The position numbers were made by a program, and so were the translations under genes. From Octopus sinensis (Eukaryota): a stretch of 64,000 bases of DNA. Positions 13,623 to 26,849 of the stretch are shown here, one piece after another. The notes under the pieces are model-generated. The model was not told where the DNA came from and did not search any database. It worked only from the letters and a program-made list of their open reading frames with translations. Positions within the stretch are counted from its first letter, which is position 1, and each line of letters opens with the position of its first letter. The DNA lies in the NCBI RefSeq assembly GCF_006345805.1, contig NC_043017.1, positions 21,576,001 through 21,640,000 on the forward strand, written 5' to 3'.

Positions 13623-13720
13623 ACCCAGAGCAGTAATTATATATATGTATATATATATGAATATATCTCAATATATATGTAGTAACTTTTTTCCCAAATA
13701 AATTGCACTTCATATTTGAG

Positions 13721-13800
13721 GCTCTGATAAAGTTATAGGATGTTATTCATGCAGTCAGCTAAGAGGCTACTGCATCTTATAGCAGAAACAGGTGTTAGAT
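13721..13800 (+). ncRNA. Degenerate type I hammerhead-ribozyme-like motif
   Basis: CTGATAA a GTTATAGGATG...CATCTTATAGC a GAAA C AGGT G TT aga. Stem II is 11 bp including G:U pairs; the core has G8->A. Confidence 0.5.
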
Positions 13801-13886
13801 AATGAAGTTCATAACATAACCATCGTTTTTCCTGGGTCATCTCTGTTTTCTTTTAGATAAATATATCGATATATATACTCCCTAAA

Positions 13887-14192
13887 TATATATATATTGC
13901 TGAGACCCCCTTTGGTCTTGACTGACCATGAGATTGCACCTAGAAAGTTATCCTCCCAGGCACAAGTCCGGGCAAGGTTGTTTATGGAAGACCAGTGGTC
14001 ACCCATGCATACCAGCCTCCCCTCTCCACACCACCAGTGTTATGTTGCAACTCATTTCTACAGCTGAGTGAACTGGAGCAACATGAAATAAAGTGTCTTG
14101 CTCAAGAACACAACATGCAGCCCGGTCCGGGATTCAAACTCACAACCTCATGATCATAAGCTCGATGCTCTAACCACTGAGCCATGTGCCTT
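13887..14192 (-). mobile_element. tRNA-derived SINE (F/G group)
   Basis: Minus-strand head TGGCTCAGTGGTTAGAGC...GAGTTTGAATCCC followed by TTCTTGAGCAAGACACTTTATTTCA. Related heads at 16530-16810, 20211-20530, 26850-27080 and 51997-52125. Confidence 0.8.
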
Positions 14193-16029
14193 CACATACA
14201 CACACACATATATACATACATATATATATATATATATATTTATCTGTATATATATAGTTATGTGCATGTACTGTAGTCACAGCATAGTATTAGAGAGTTA
14301 TAGTATCTGGAATTACATGTGAAATCTACTGTGAGCTGTTTACTCTGAATTTGTAAGATCCCTGTTGTTTAAGATAATTTTCTTTCCGGTACTAAGTAAA
14401 GGATATTGTATCTGTATTTCCCTCTCCGCCACCTCCTGTTTGTATTTAGCATGTCAAGACTAACTTTATGTGTATTGATTTAGTGAGTTATATCAACAGA
14501 AAAAAATCTGAAATGACACTGAAGTAGATTGCTTCAGACTTGTTTGTGTGCATAATGCATGAATACATAGATTCATGAGTTGTGCATAACATACACACAC
14601 TTAGTCTTTACTCTCTTTTACTCTTTTACTTGTTTCAGTCATTTGACTGGGGCCATGCTCGAGCATCCCCTTTAGTCGAGCAAATCGATCCCAGGACTTA
14701 TTCTTTTGGTCTCTTTTCCCGAACTGCTAAGTTACGGGGACGTAAACACACCAGCCCCAAGGAAAAACTAAGCTAAGAGCATTAGATTCCTTGAAAGAAA
14801 GTAGTGAATGTGTACAAAAACAAAGACAGATAAAACAGAGAAATTTACACAAATACAAATAATAGGATGTAACAACAGGTGTCTTTCGACTAAGGATGAA
14901 TTAAATTAAGCTGGCATGTGTGGAAGTAAAGCCTAATGGCAAGGATACAAGATTTCATAGGCACAGGGAAGAATATAGATATGTATATATAAGAGTGAAT
15001 CAAAACGTAGTGCAAATAAAAAATGTGTAACTTTCTAACTCGTGTGTGTGTATTTAGTTACCATTATGTAATGTCAAAGCCATTGCCAGATTTAAGCGTT
15101 TAGGGACTCACAGTCCACAAGAATCTCAAAACAATTAAATGGCATCAATGTTTTTGATTATTAAGAGACCTTCTGGTGAAATTATCTAACAAGGGTCTTC
15201 AGAATAATGCAGCCTAGCACCTTACCATAATTGTACTTGGCACTGATATTCATGTTTTATTAAAGATCTCTGAAGTCTTCATTTTAATTCGAATTAAAGA
15301 AAACACTGCGACAGTCAGTCTGTTAGAAACAAAATCACAAAAGCAACGATGGATTACCAAAGTAACCAATTCTATCAGAAAACACAGAAAAAGAACCAAA
15401 AATAAAAGTAAAACAAGGTGAACAAAAGTTGGCAAAGAAATGACAAAATATGGCATTTAATATTTTGGTAGTTTAAAGTGCCAAAACTAAATTGACATAA
15501 GATAGAAATAAAAATAAGAAAATTCTTTATTTGTATTGTCTTTCTTTATCTTTGGATTTTGTGAGACAGAATATCATTGTTGTTTCATTTTATGGCAAAT
15601 TACCAAAATGTAGAAATAAGTTCTAAATGATCAGAGACTCTTGTAGTTTTCATAATTAACATTGTTTTACAGATGTCATTTAAAGCACTGATGGGAAAAA
15701 ATGCTTGTCACAACATTCCAATTTCCACCCACTTCCTCTTTTAATTTGGGATAAAATTCTCTTTTAATGGAAAGTTTACTTCTCAACCACATGGCTTTGG
15801 GTTCTTGGGACCATGGCCTCTTGGGCAAGTCTCTTGCTGTAGCTCTGAGCTAACCAAAGCCTTGTGAATGAATTTGAAAGACATGGCTTCTCAGAAACTT
15901 TTGTAGTTTACATAATTACCATTGTGTTATGTAAGGCACTTAAGGAAAGACTACTTGTCGCAACATTCCATTTACTACCCTCTCCCCCACCCCTATAAAC
16001 CTGAGATATAATTTTATTTTATGAAAAGA

Positions 16030-16177
16030 TTACTTCTGAATCACAGGGTTTCAAATTCAGTTATAGTCCCTGTGTATGGGGCCATGGCACTTTGGGCAAG
16101 TGTCTCCTGCTGTAGCTCTGAGCTGACCAAAACCTTGTGAGTGGATCTGGTAGATGGAAGCTGAAAGAAGCCTGTCG

Positions 16178-16229
<52 letters not shown>

Positions 16230-16510
16230 GTATATATAGATATATGTTGTATATAAATATATATATATATATGTTGTATATATATATATATATATATGCA
16301 TATGTATATGTTCGTGTGTCTGTGTTTATCCCTCCACAATCACTTGACAACCAATGTTAGTGTGTTTACATCCCTGTAACTTAGCACTTTGCTAAAAGGG
16401 ATTGACAGAATAAGTACTAGGAATTGATTTGTTTGAATAAAAGGTAGTACTCCAGCATGGCCACAGTCAAATGACCGAAACAAACGAAAGAATAACCGAA
16501 TGAAAGAATG
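16030..16510 (+). mobile_element. SINE family B
   Basis: Colinear with 3691-4090; the central (TA)n is expanded. Confidence 0.85.
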
Positions 16511-16529
16511 TCATTTATCATGGTATTAC

Positions 16530-16810
16530 AGTATTGACCAGACTATCAGATGTTGTCATACATCACTGGTCACATGTCGTGTACATTGCATTGTTTTAGC
16601 TTTTGAATGATGCCACCCCACTGGCTTGGTGAGCAGGCCAGCATTTCCTCTGGTCAGAAGGCTGGTCCATAATAGTGTAACCTATTTACAACTGAGTGGA
16701 CTGTAGTAACATGAATTAAATGATTTACTCAAGAACACAATGAGCTGCCCAATCCAGGAATCAAACCCATGACCTAGCAATCATGAGCACACCACCCTCA
16801 CCACTATGCC
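16530..16810 (-). mobile_element. tRNA-derived SINE (F/G group)
   Basis: tRNA-like head at about 16750-16810. The 3' part is shared with 33149-33330 and, inverted, with 50195-50320. Confidence 0.75.
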
Positions 16811-18337
16811 AAGTATGTAAGTCCTTGATATGACTTTAAACTGCACTGGTAGTGGGGTTCTGGTTTGGGGGTTCTAGGGTCTTGGTAAACATATCTTAGC
16901 CAGTATTGTTCCTGGGTCCACTTTCAGGGTCCCAGCTATCAGTTAAATAGCATATATGATGACACTCTTTCTGAGTACAGGGATGCAGAAATGCTTTTGT
17001 CTAGTGTCAGGGCACACAATAAAACAACTTGGAGTGAGGGGCCCTTTGCTGTTGTCATTGCACCGTTTTAGGAGAGGGAGACTGATGTAAAACTTTTGGT
17101 TTCGTGGGATTTCTGGTCATCTCACTTTGGCCTGTGACCAAGTACTCATCCTGAAGACTCAGAGAGTAGCATTCACGATGGACAAGAGTTTTTCAATGTA
17201 ATCTAGTGACATACTGATGTCTCTTGATGGTGACCTCATTTGTCATTTCATCTGAGACAGGCCTCAGGGCATTTCATCCAACTGGGAAGAAAAGCTGGAA
17301 CAAATATTTGGATTCAAAGAGAGGAAGAGAGAGAGAGTGGGAGAGAGAAGAGAGAAGACAGGTGGAGAAAGTGGAAAAGAGAAGAGAGGGGAAGAGAGAG
17401 AGGAGGAGAGGTGAAGAGAGTGGGAGAGAAGGGAGAAGGTAGGGAGAGAAGAGAGAAGGCAGGGAGAGAAGAGAGAAGGCAGAGAGAGAAGAGAGAAGGC
17501 AGGCAGAGAGAGAAGGAAGAGGGGGAGAGAGAGGGGAGAAGGGAAGAAAGTGGGAGAAAGGGGAGAGGAGAGGGGAAAAGCGGGCAGAGAGAGAAAGAGG
17601 TGTGTGAAAGTGGGGTGAGGGAGTGAGATAGGGAGAAGAGGAGAAAGGAAAACTGACATGCAAAATAAATAAAAATATAAAGAAGGAAAAAAAGAAAGAA
17701 AGAAGAAGATCTCTAAGAATATGTAAAAATATGTAAACAAAAAATATCAAAATAAAAAAAAAACTTTGCGAAAATAATGTTAAAGAAAATGAAACAAAAA
17801 AGAAAAGGATAAAAAAAAATTGAAAGGAAAAAAAACACAGGTAAAAGTAACGAAGAGGTATTGAATGTTCGTGTTGGTTAATGAGAGAAATTCGGAAGTG
17901 GAAGATAAGAACGGTTCTGAAGACAAATCTAATAAAGGGAACCACAATAAGAATTGCTACAGCAGCAGCAGTAGCAGTGGCAGCAGCAGTAGCAGTGACA
18001 ACAACGACAATGTCATTAACATCAACATTGATGACAATAAGAATAACGGTGATAACGATGATGGAACATTTACAAAATGTTGGTAACAGCAATGAAGACT
18101 GTCTTACTACGACAAACAGGTTGTCATGATTGTGCGTTGTGTGTTGTGCGTTGTGTGTTCCAAGACCCTGTGTCGTGTGTGTAAAGGGGAGAGGTTGTGC
18201 ACAAAGCGAAGGCTCAGTTGTAATAAAGCCGGATGGGTTGCTTAATTGAATTCGTTTGTTCGTCCGTTGGTCAATGTTACGTTTAATTGCGTGCATGTAT
18301 ATACTGCAAAGAGCCCTTTGTATTGATCCTCGGTATT

Positions 18338-18389
<52 letters not shown>

Positions 18390-18511
18390 TACATATCTTT
18401 TCATATACTTATACATATACACTATACACATACATACAAACATACATGCAGATAATACATATATATACGTACATATATATATGTATATCTTATCTCTCTC
18501 TCTCTCTCTCC

Positions 18512-18564
<53 letters not shown>

Positions 18565-18717
18565 AGTATATATATATATGTGTATGCATATCTATATTAA
18601 TATATATGAATACACAAGTACACATATATACATACATACATAAACTTATATACATATAAATATATATATATATATATATAAATACATATATACATACATA
18701 TATATACATACAAATAT

Positions 18718-18757
<40 letters not shown>

Positions 18758-18802
18758 TAATTTATATATATACATACATACACATATATATATATATATA
18801 TC

Positions 18803-18846
<44 letters not shown>

Positions 18847-19339
18847 TAACCATCTGGATTTCAATATTGCTAGTGATGGTGATGTAACTTCCTGTCAATG
18901 TTTTTTTGGGGGGGTTGAGGTGGGTGGGGATGGTTTTGTTTTTCTTTCTTTTATTTTCACGGTACCATATTACAGATACCATTCTCATGTGAAAAACAAA
19001 ACAAAATAAAAAAAAAAAAAGAGAAATTAACGCACATACAATCAACCTTCCAGTAACCATAACAATACCACTGTTATTGCATGCAATAGAATTTTTATGG
19101 AAGCAAAAAGGGGAAGAAAAAAAAATTTATAGTAGTAATAGTAATACCAGTACAAGTAGTAGTAGTAGTAGTAGTAGTATTTGTTGTTGTTGTTGTTGTA
19201 GTAATAGTAATAATAATGATAATAAAACGGCTGAGATTTATTTTTAATGAGTTGATATCCCCATGTGAAAGAGACAGGTAAACACTAAAACAAAATGAAA
19301 CAAAACATTGTGGTATTTCTGTTTTACTTTACTACACAC

Positions 19340-19476
19340 ACACACACACACACATACACATATGTATACATATATATATCTACACACACATTTTTATACA
19401 CATGTATACATATATATCTACACACACATACATTCACATGCTTTTATACACATATGTATACATATATATCTACATA

Positions 19477-19507
<31 letters not shown>

Positions 19508-19790
19508 CCATGTATACATATATATATCTACACACACATTTTTATACACATGTATACATATATCTACACACACATACATTCACATGCTTTATACACATAT
19601 GTATACATATATATCTACATACACAACACACACACACACCACACACACTACACATATGTATACATAATATATCTACACACATTTTTATACACATGTATAC
19701 ATATATATCTACACACACATACATTCACATGCTTTTATACACATATGTATACATATATATCTACATACACACACACACACACACACACAA
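19340..19790. repeat. Minisatellite, about three copies of a ~140-bp CA/TA-rich unit
   Basis: The diagnostic words catttttatacacatgtatac and cattcacatgcttt recur three times. Confidence 0.85.
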
Positions 19791-20210
19791 CACACGCACA
19801 ATAAACCCCATTTGTGTTTTTGTCGTATAACTACACATGTATGAGTGTGTTGTGTGTTGTGCGTGTGTGTGTGTGGGTGTATTGTGTGTGTGCTGTATGT
19901 GTGTGTTTTGTGTGTGTGTGTTGTGTGTGTGTTGTGAATGTGTTGTGTGTGTTTTGAGTGTGTTGTGTATGTGCATGTGTGTGTGTGCATGTGTGTGTGT
20001 GTGTGTGCATATATACATTCTGGAAAGATCTACAAATGAGGGTATCAAAACCAACTTCAAACTGGATTGCAATGACAATGAGTTCCATGCTGATCCTGTT
20101 TGGCCCATTCCAATCTCCTGACATTGTCTGTGTTCTGTTTCACAGACAATAACTGAGCACTGAAACTTAATCCTTTCACGACCAGCCTACCTAACAGAAT
20201 ACCCAGCAAA

Positions 20211-20530
20211 GGTGCATGGCTTAGTGGTCAGGGTATCCAACTCTCACGGTTGTAAGGTCATGAGTTCAATTCCTTGCTGCACATTGTAACCTTGAGCAAG
20301 ACATTTTATTTCACATTGCTCCAGGCCACTCGGCTGACAAAAATAAGTTGCACCTGTAATTAAAAGGGCAGCCTTGTCATACTCTGTTTCATATTGAATC
20401 TCCCTAAGAACTACATTAAAGGTACGCATATCTGTGGAGTGCACAGCCACTTGCACATTAATTTCATGGGCAGGTTGTTACATTGGTCAGATCAACTGTA
20501 ACCCTTGCTGTCATAACTGACTGAGAGCCA
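20211..20530 (+). mobile_element. tRNA-derived SINE (F/G group)
   Basis: TGGCTTAGTGGTCAGGGT...GAGTTCAATTCC head and CCTTGAGCAAGAC motif. Its 3' half recurs inverted at about 3475-3590. Confidence 0.8.
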
Positions 20531-21454
20531 GGCAATAGAAGGTCCCCTATTTATATATCTTAATCCTTTTGTTATTATATTTTTGTTGAAATTCACCTTA
20601 ATTTTTATTTCAGTTAATTTCAAAACTTATGAGGAATAAAGTATAATATTTCGTTTTTTGCCTTTTGATTTGAAATATTTTTATAACGACCTCATGAATT
20701 GAAACATATTTTGTTGTATCATTGAAGGGTCATTTTTGCAATGATAAACACATGCACTGGTTCTATTTCACTTCTTTATTGATCTATCAATCAGCTAGTT
20801 TAACTGATTCATTGATTGACCAAACGGTTTATCAAACAATAAGTTAGTTAATTGGTTTATTGATCAACCAACCGACAAATAAATAATCAAGAAGTGCAAG
20901 TGAACCAGTGTATGTGTGTGTGTTTATTATTAGCATAATGACCCTCCAAGTTACAACAAAATAATAAAATTATTTTCACATAATTACACTGATGTTTGAC
21001 ATTTGGAACATAAATTAACATGAAAATTTAAAAAGAAAATTAAACTTAGATAACTTAAAAACAAATAGTTTGTACCATAGAACCAGGGGTGGTACTGAAA
21101 GAGTTAACTACTTTCTATATCATCATCATTTTACGTCTGCTGTTCATGCTGGCATGGGTTGGACAGTTTGACCAAAGCTGGCAAGCTGGGGAACTGTACC
21201 AGGCTATACTCTGATTTGGCATGGTTTCTATGACTGGATGCTCTTCCTAATGCTGGGCACTTTTTTACAAAGAGTGTTGGGTACTTCTACATGGCAACAC
21301 ACGTGCATTTTTACATGGTGCCACATCCTTTTTATAATAAGAAAATATAACGTTTATTAAGGTCTTGAGGCGTCACCTTGAAGGATTTTAGCTGAATGAA
21401 TTGATAGCCCAGTACTTATTTTTTTTCATTTTCAAAGCCTGGTATTTATTCTAT

Positions 21455-21783
21455 CACCACATACCGAAAATTTAGAAATAGCAGTCAAAAACCGCTAATT
21501 GCTGTCTATCTTATGTTATGTTTCAATGTCTCTTGATTGAAGATGCAAAGGGTAGGTTTAGCATTTTCAAATATGATCTTGAAATATCATGCTGATGAGG
21601 GAAATGAATTTTTAAATTCTAATCCCGAAACGTGTACATGGTTAATCATAAGACTGGTTGATTTCATTATTTTTTCTTCTTTTTGGCTATGTGAGTTACA
21701 AGTATTACTGTCTGTGGAGTTATATTGTAGTTAAAAGAATTAGTGGTTTTTGCCTGCTATTTTTAAATTTTCGGTATGTGGTG
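21455..21783. mobile_element. 329-bp element bounded by 46-bp inverted repeats and containing a hammerhead motif
   Basis: The left end CACCACATACCGAAAATTTAGAAATAGCAGTCAAAAACCGCTAATT matches the reverse complement of the right end at 43/46. It appears to interrupt a SINE B remnant. Confidence 0.8.
21586..21642 (+). ncRNA. Type I minimal hammerhead ribozyme candidate, intact core
   Basis: atcatg CTGATGA GGGA...TCCC GAAA C GT G TA catggt. Stem I is 6 bp (one G:U), stem II is GGGA/TCCC, the triplet is GUA, and the predicted cut follows 21636. Confidence 0.7.
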
Positions 21784-21942
21784 AAGCAACTTTTTGTTAA
21801 ACCCTTAATTATATTTATAATTATAAAAAAACTTTTTGTATAAGTTTTTACTGATAATGGTTTTTTTTTCCATACTGAAGCTATTTGGTGAAATTTGTTA
21901 ATTATTAAATTAATAATTTTTTACCCTATATCTATGGACAGC

Positions 21943-22131
21943 GTGTGTACCGTTGGCAATTTTTTTTACTCTGTCTTCCCTTCTCTGGATCTTTCCTTCT
22001 CCTATGTTTCTGACAAAGAGCTCCGCTCGAAACGTTAAACCCTCCTTCTTTCCTGAGCGTCCAATAATACTATATTTGTTCCACGTCCTCGCGTTGTTGT
22101 GTTTTTTTATGCTTTCTTGTTTGGATTAACT
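21943..22131 (+). mobile_element. Short Penelope-like/retrozyme-like repeat with hammerhead-like motif at 22006-22040
   Basis: GTTT CTGACAA A GAGC TCC GCTC GAAA CGTT AAAC; the element ends in (TA)n. A near-identical inverted copy lies at 62292-62486. Confidence 0.65.
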
Positions 22132-22150
22132 ATATATATATATATATAAC

Positions 22151-22356
22151 ACAAAGGGATGTTGAAAAGTTCCTGGCTTTGGGTAAAAGAAAATACAGGA
22201 GGATCAGTTAATTATGATTTTATACAATATATTCCCCTCTCAGATTCCCACACTTATTGCAGCAGTCCATCAGTTTTTCCAAGCCCTGTCAAAGAACTTG
22301 GAATGTCTGGCCTCGTGATACCCTTAAAGCTATGAACTTTCCAGCAACCATCATCT
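22151..22356. mobile_element. Tc1/mariner-like MITE, copy 2
   Basis: Homologous to 3255-3471 (tgaaaagttcctggcttt...ggatcagttaattatgatttt...ctctcagatt). Confidence 0.7.
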
Positions 22357-24019
22357 ACATATGTATTCTTTTTAAAATTTGTTTTCAAACTGCCTATAAA
22401 GCTATAAATAATTGTGACTAAATATTGGGGTCAAAGACCTTTTTTGAAAGAAAATGTCAAACGCAGCTTTCAGCTTCGTCCATCCAAAAAGGTTTTAGAA
22501 CATAATTATTTACAGGTTATTATCTGTAACTTTATGCGCACCCCGAGATCCAGTTTCAAAAGAGAAATATATCACATTCACTTGAAAGTATAGAAATTCT
22601 TGTGACATCAAAAAAGTATATCCATCTATCTATCTATCTATCTATCTATATGTATATATATACACACACACTCACAAAGACACATACAAAGACAGACACA
22701 CTCTCACACTCACATATATATACATATATATTTGTATATATGTATAGGTATATATTTATGTATATGTTTGTGTGTGTGCATGTGTATGTGTATGATAGCA
22801 TTCATCAGTATCTCTTCAATGCTGGACAATAACTAATATCGAAACAGACACAAGCCAAGCCATCAAATACATAATAATACAATATCCCGTCCTCTCCTTC
22901 TCATTGTGTAATCCATATTTTGATATATAAAATTCATGTGAACCATATCTGCTTGGCTTTCATCATTCCTGGTAACACTATATTTGATGAAAACAAACAA
23001 CACCATTCTTCCTCTCGATTATATTTCAGTTTCCATATTCTTTATTTATTTTATGTAATTTTATTTTGTTTTATTTTATTTATTTCATCATTTTGTTTCA
23101 AATGATTAATTAATGATGACCAACAGAACCCGTGGCAGAATTTCTCCCTTCTTTGTTGCCATCCATTATGAAATATCAACCTGACATCTTATTATTGTTT
23201 GTCAATATTCAATGTACAAACAGAAAGGTTCTCGTGATATTTAAAAAGAGAAAGAAAAAGTTCCCCACCAGAAAAAGAACTAATAATAAAAATAAATAGA
23301 AAAAAAACGGAAAGTATAACAAATAAGACGAAACAAAAATAATTTTGCCTCTTGACATTAAAGAATTTGGTTAAGGAATTCATTTGATTTTTTTTTCCCA
23401 GAGATTCTGATTTCTTGCTTATCAGATGTTGTTGCTTGATAAGTGGAGAGACGAACTGCAATGACAACCGAGTATGGAGGTGGGGATAGACTGCAAACAG
23501 AAATAGCAGCTAAAACAGGAGAACAAATAAAGGTAAAAAGACAAAAACGGAAGGTTTTTGTGAGATGATGATAATTGTAGTTTGTGTATGTGTGTGTTGG
23601 TGTGTGATAGTGGGGGGGGGGACATCATGTGGTACTAAAAGGACATTTTTATAAAAAGTAGATTGTTACTTCATCCTAGGTCTGTGTGTGTGTGTGCCTG
23701 TGTGTTCTCGTAGACACGTATGAATATATATATATGTGTGTGCACATACATTATTGCCTGTGTGGGAGTATATGTGTGCGTGTGAGAGTGTGTGCATCAT
23801 CAGTGCTATCATCATTATCATCACCACCACCACCACCACCATTATCATCATCATCATCATCAACATTATCATCATTTAACTTTTGTCTTCCATTTGGCTT
23901 AAGTTGAATGTTCAACAGGATTTGATAAGCCACAGACTGCATCCTGCTCTAGGTTTTGCTAGGACACTGGTCCTCACAATCTATCTATCTTCCTATCTGT
24001 CTATCTATCTATCTATTTA

Positions 24020-24050
<31 letters not shown>

Positions 24051-25369
24051 GTCTGTCTGTTTATCAGTCAGTCAGTCTATCTATCTATCTATCTATCTAT
24101 CAATCTATGTCTGTCTGTCTGTCTATCTGTCTACCTGTCTACCTACATACCTATCAATGATTGCTTGTAAGTGAAATATGTGTGCATAACTGTGTGTGTG
24201 TGTGATAATCTGTGCATGAGAATATACAGTCATCACTGTATATGAATATGTACATATGATTAACTTGCTCTATGTAGATGTTTGTGAGTGTGTGTATGTG
24301 TAATCTCTTCTCAGAGGTTGTGCCAAAATATCTCAGACCCCTAGTTAAAGCCAATGCTGATTTTGGCAAGATTTGAACTCAGAAGGCAAACCTCCACAGT
24401 TAAATACTACAAAGAAGACTCTAAGAACTCTACCAAGAAACAAATCCTTTCCCAATACTGGTTTCAAATTTTGGCACAAGGCCAGCAATTTCGTGGTGGG
24501 CTGGGGAAGATGGGGGTGAAGTCAGTTACACTGACCTCAGTGCTACTTATTTTATTGATCCCAAAAAGGATGAAATGCAAAATTGACTGCTGCAGAATTT
24601 GAACTCAGAATGAAAGCATGGATGTTACACCACAAAGCATTTTGCCCAGTATGCTAACAATTTTGCCATCTTGCTACCTTATCTCATCCCAATGTTACCA
24701 ATCCAAAGATCTCAATCTGCCACAGAAAGAACTACTTGCCTTGTAAACTTCTATAAGCATGCCACTACATGAGCTACTACCTGTGCTCGCACCCATACCC
24801 TGTCCATTCTGTCCTCCACCTTGATGTCAATGGCAACACCCTCACCAAACCATAAAATATATTCTGTCATCGCTTCCACTGTTATCATCAGCTTTTCCAG
24901 CCTTGGCATTTCAAAGTACAGCAGCTATTGTTAATCTCATTTAAATTTACTACTTGAACAGCAGAAAAACAACAACAACAACAATAATAATAATGATAAT
25001 AATAATGATAATAATAATAATAATAATAGTAGTAACAATAACAACAATGATGATGATGATGATGATGATGTTAATGTCAATGACAAGAATTATAAAAATA
25101 ATAATAATAATGATAATAATAGCATGCAGTTCTTGTTTATCATATGTGTGTGTGAGTGTGTGTACATATATATATACAAATAAATATATATATATGTATG
25201 TATATAAAGAATGTAGCCAAACTAACCAAGAAATTTTGACATTTTGTAGCATATTTTAACTATTGAATTAAATGCTAAAATACTTTTAACATTTTGCCGT
25301 ACGAAAATGGATAAAAGAAAAAAGAGAAAAGAAATGAGTGACAACTACAAACTAACAAAAATAAATAAA

Positions 25370-25400
<31 letters not shown>

Positions 25401-25931
25401 GTAATAATAATAATAACAATAATAAAGATAATAATAATAATAAAGATAATAATGATAATAGTAATAATAAAAATTGTAACAACAACATGTAAACAAAGAA
25501 TCAGAGACACGTGTTTGCTAAAGCAGTTCACTTCAATTGAATTAGCATAAATCTAACTAAATTGTAGAGTTTTACGCACTGAAACCAGAGTATTTAATCC
25601 TGCAAGTCATGAGTACTGATAGAATCTTGAAGAACTATATTTGTGTGTATATGAATTTTTTTTTCATGAAACATATCTTATTATCATTATTATGGTTGTA
25701 GTTGTTACTGTTATTGTTGTTGTTGCTGTTGTTGTTCTTGTTCTTGTTTTTCTTTTCTTAATTTTCAAAAATTCTAAGACTGCATTCCAGCCATAGAAAT
25801 TTCATTATTGTTATTGTTGCTGTTGTTGTTGTTGCTGTTGGTGTTAGTGTTTTCAAAATTTCGAAGACAACATTCCAGCCATAGAAATTTTATTATTTTT
25901 ATTGCTGTTGGTGTTCTTCTTCTTTTTTCTT

Positions 25932-25962
<31 letters not shown>

Positions 25963-26408
25963 TTATTATTATTATTATTATTTACTTGCAAATTAAATGT
26001 TAAATTGAAGATTTCAGATGCTAAACTGTCCTAATATAATTTCTTCAATATATTCCTGTAAGAATTCAATTAAAGTTTTATTTTCCTAAACAATTGTTTA
26101 TTTATTTTCTCCCCTACCACTACACACACACAACAATCCTTATCAACCATCTCTTGGAATAAGACTATTTAAAGAATACTATCCAAAAACATAACAATTA
26201 CATTGGCTGCAGCATCACTGAGCAGTGATAATCAGGTTTGAAATGTATGACAAGATTTTTGACACTATATATGTATATATATATAGGTTCCAGTCCTCTG
26301 TGTGGTACTCTGGGTACTTTCTAATATAGCCCTGGGGCAACCAAAGCCTTGTGGGTGGATTTAGTAGACAGAGGCTGAAAGAAACCCATCATATATATAT
26401 TTATATAT

Positions 26409-26575
26409 ATGTGGGTCAAAACAGTTTGGTTCAAATTCCTTGGTACTTCAAGTTTCAAAATGTGATGCGAATTTTCAACCACTGGAAATTTGAAGTCCTG
26501 ATGGGTGAGGATTAGCATCACACTTTGAAACTTTGAGTACCAAGGAATTTGAATGAAACTGATTTGATCCATACA
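26409..26575. mobile_element. Fold-back MITE with ~63-bp imperfect arms
   Basis: ggtcaaaacagtttggttcaaattccttggtacttcaagtttcaaaatgtgatgc is the inverted partner of gcatcacactttgaaactttgagtaccaaggaatttgaatgaaactgatttgatc. It sits in the TA tract after a SINE B head. Confidence 0.8.
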
Positions 26576-26648
26576 TGTAACTTTCAATAAATGTGTTGAG
26601 TATCCTTCTTTCATTTGTCCACTCACTTTTCAAATATATATATGTATG

Positions 26649-26737
<89 letters not shown>

Positions 26738-26849
26738 ATATATATATATATATAATAAAACAGTCAATATATTTGGTTAAACCCAGTTGGCTATAATAGG
26801 CAGAAGTATGTCTTAAAAGCTATTATATGATTATTAGCATATGTTACTC

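Noticed and set aside
17274-18443. 389-aa minus-strand ORF
   Set aside because: A chance run through CT-rich, poly-T and TA repeats with low-complexity F/S/L composition.
19770-20010. Apparent CA/TG inverted repeat
   Set aside because: Only low-complexity complementarity, and the sequence looks noisy.
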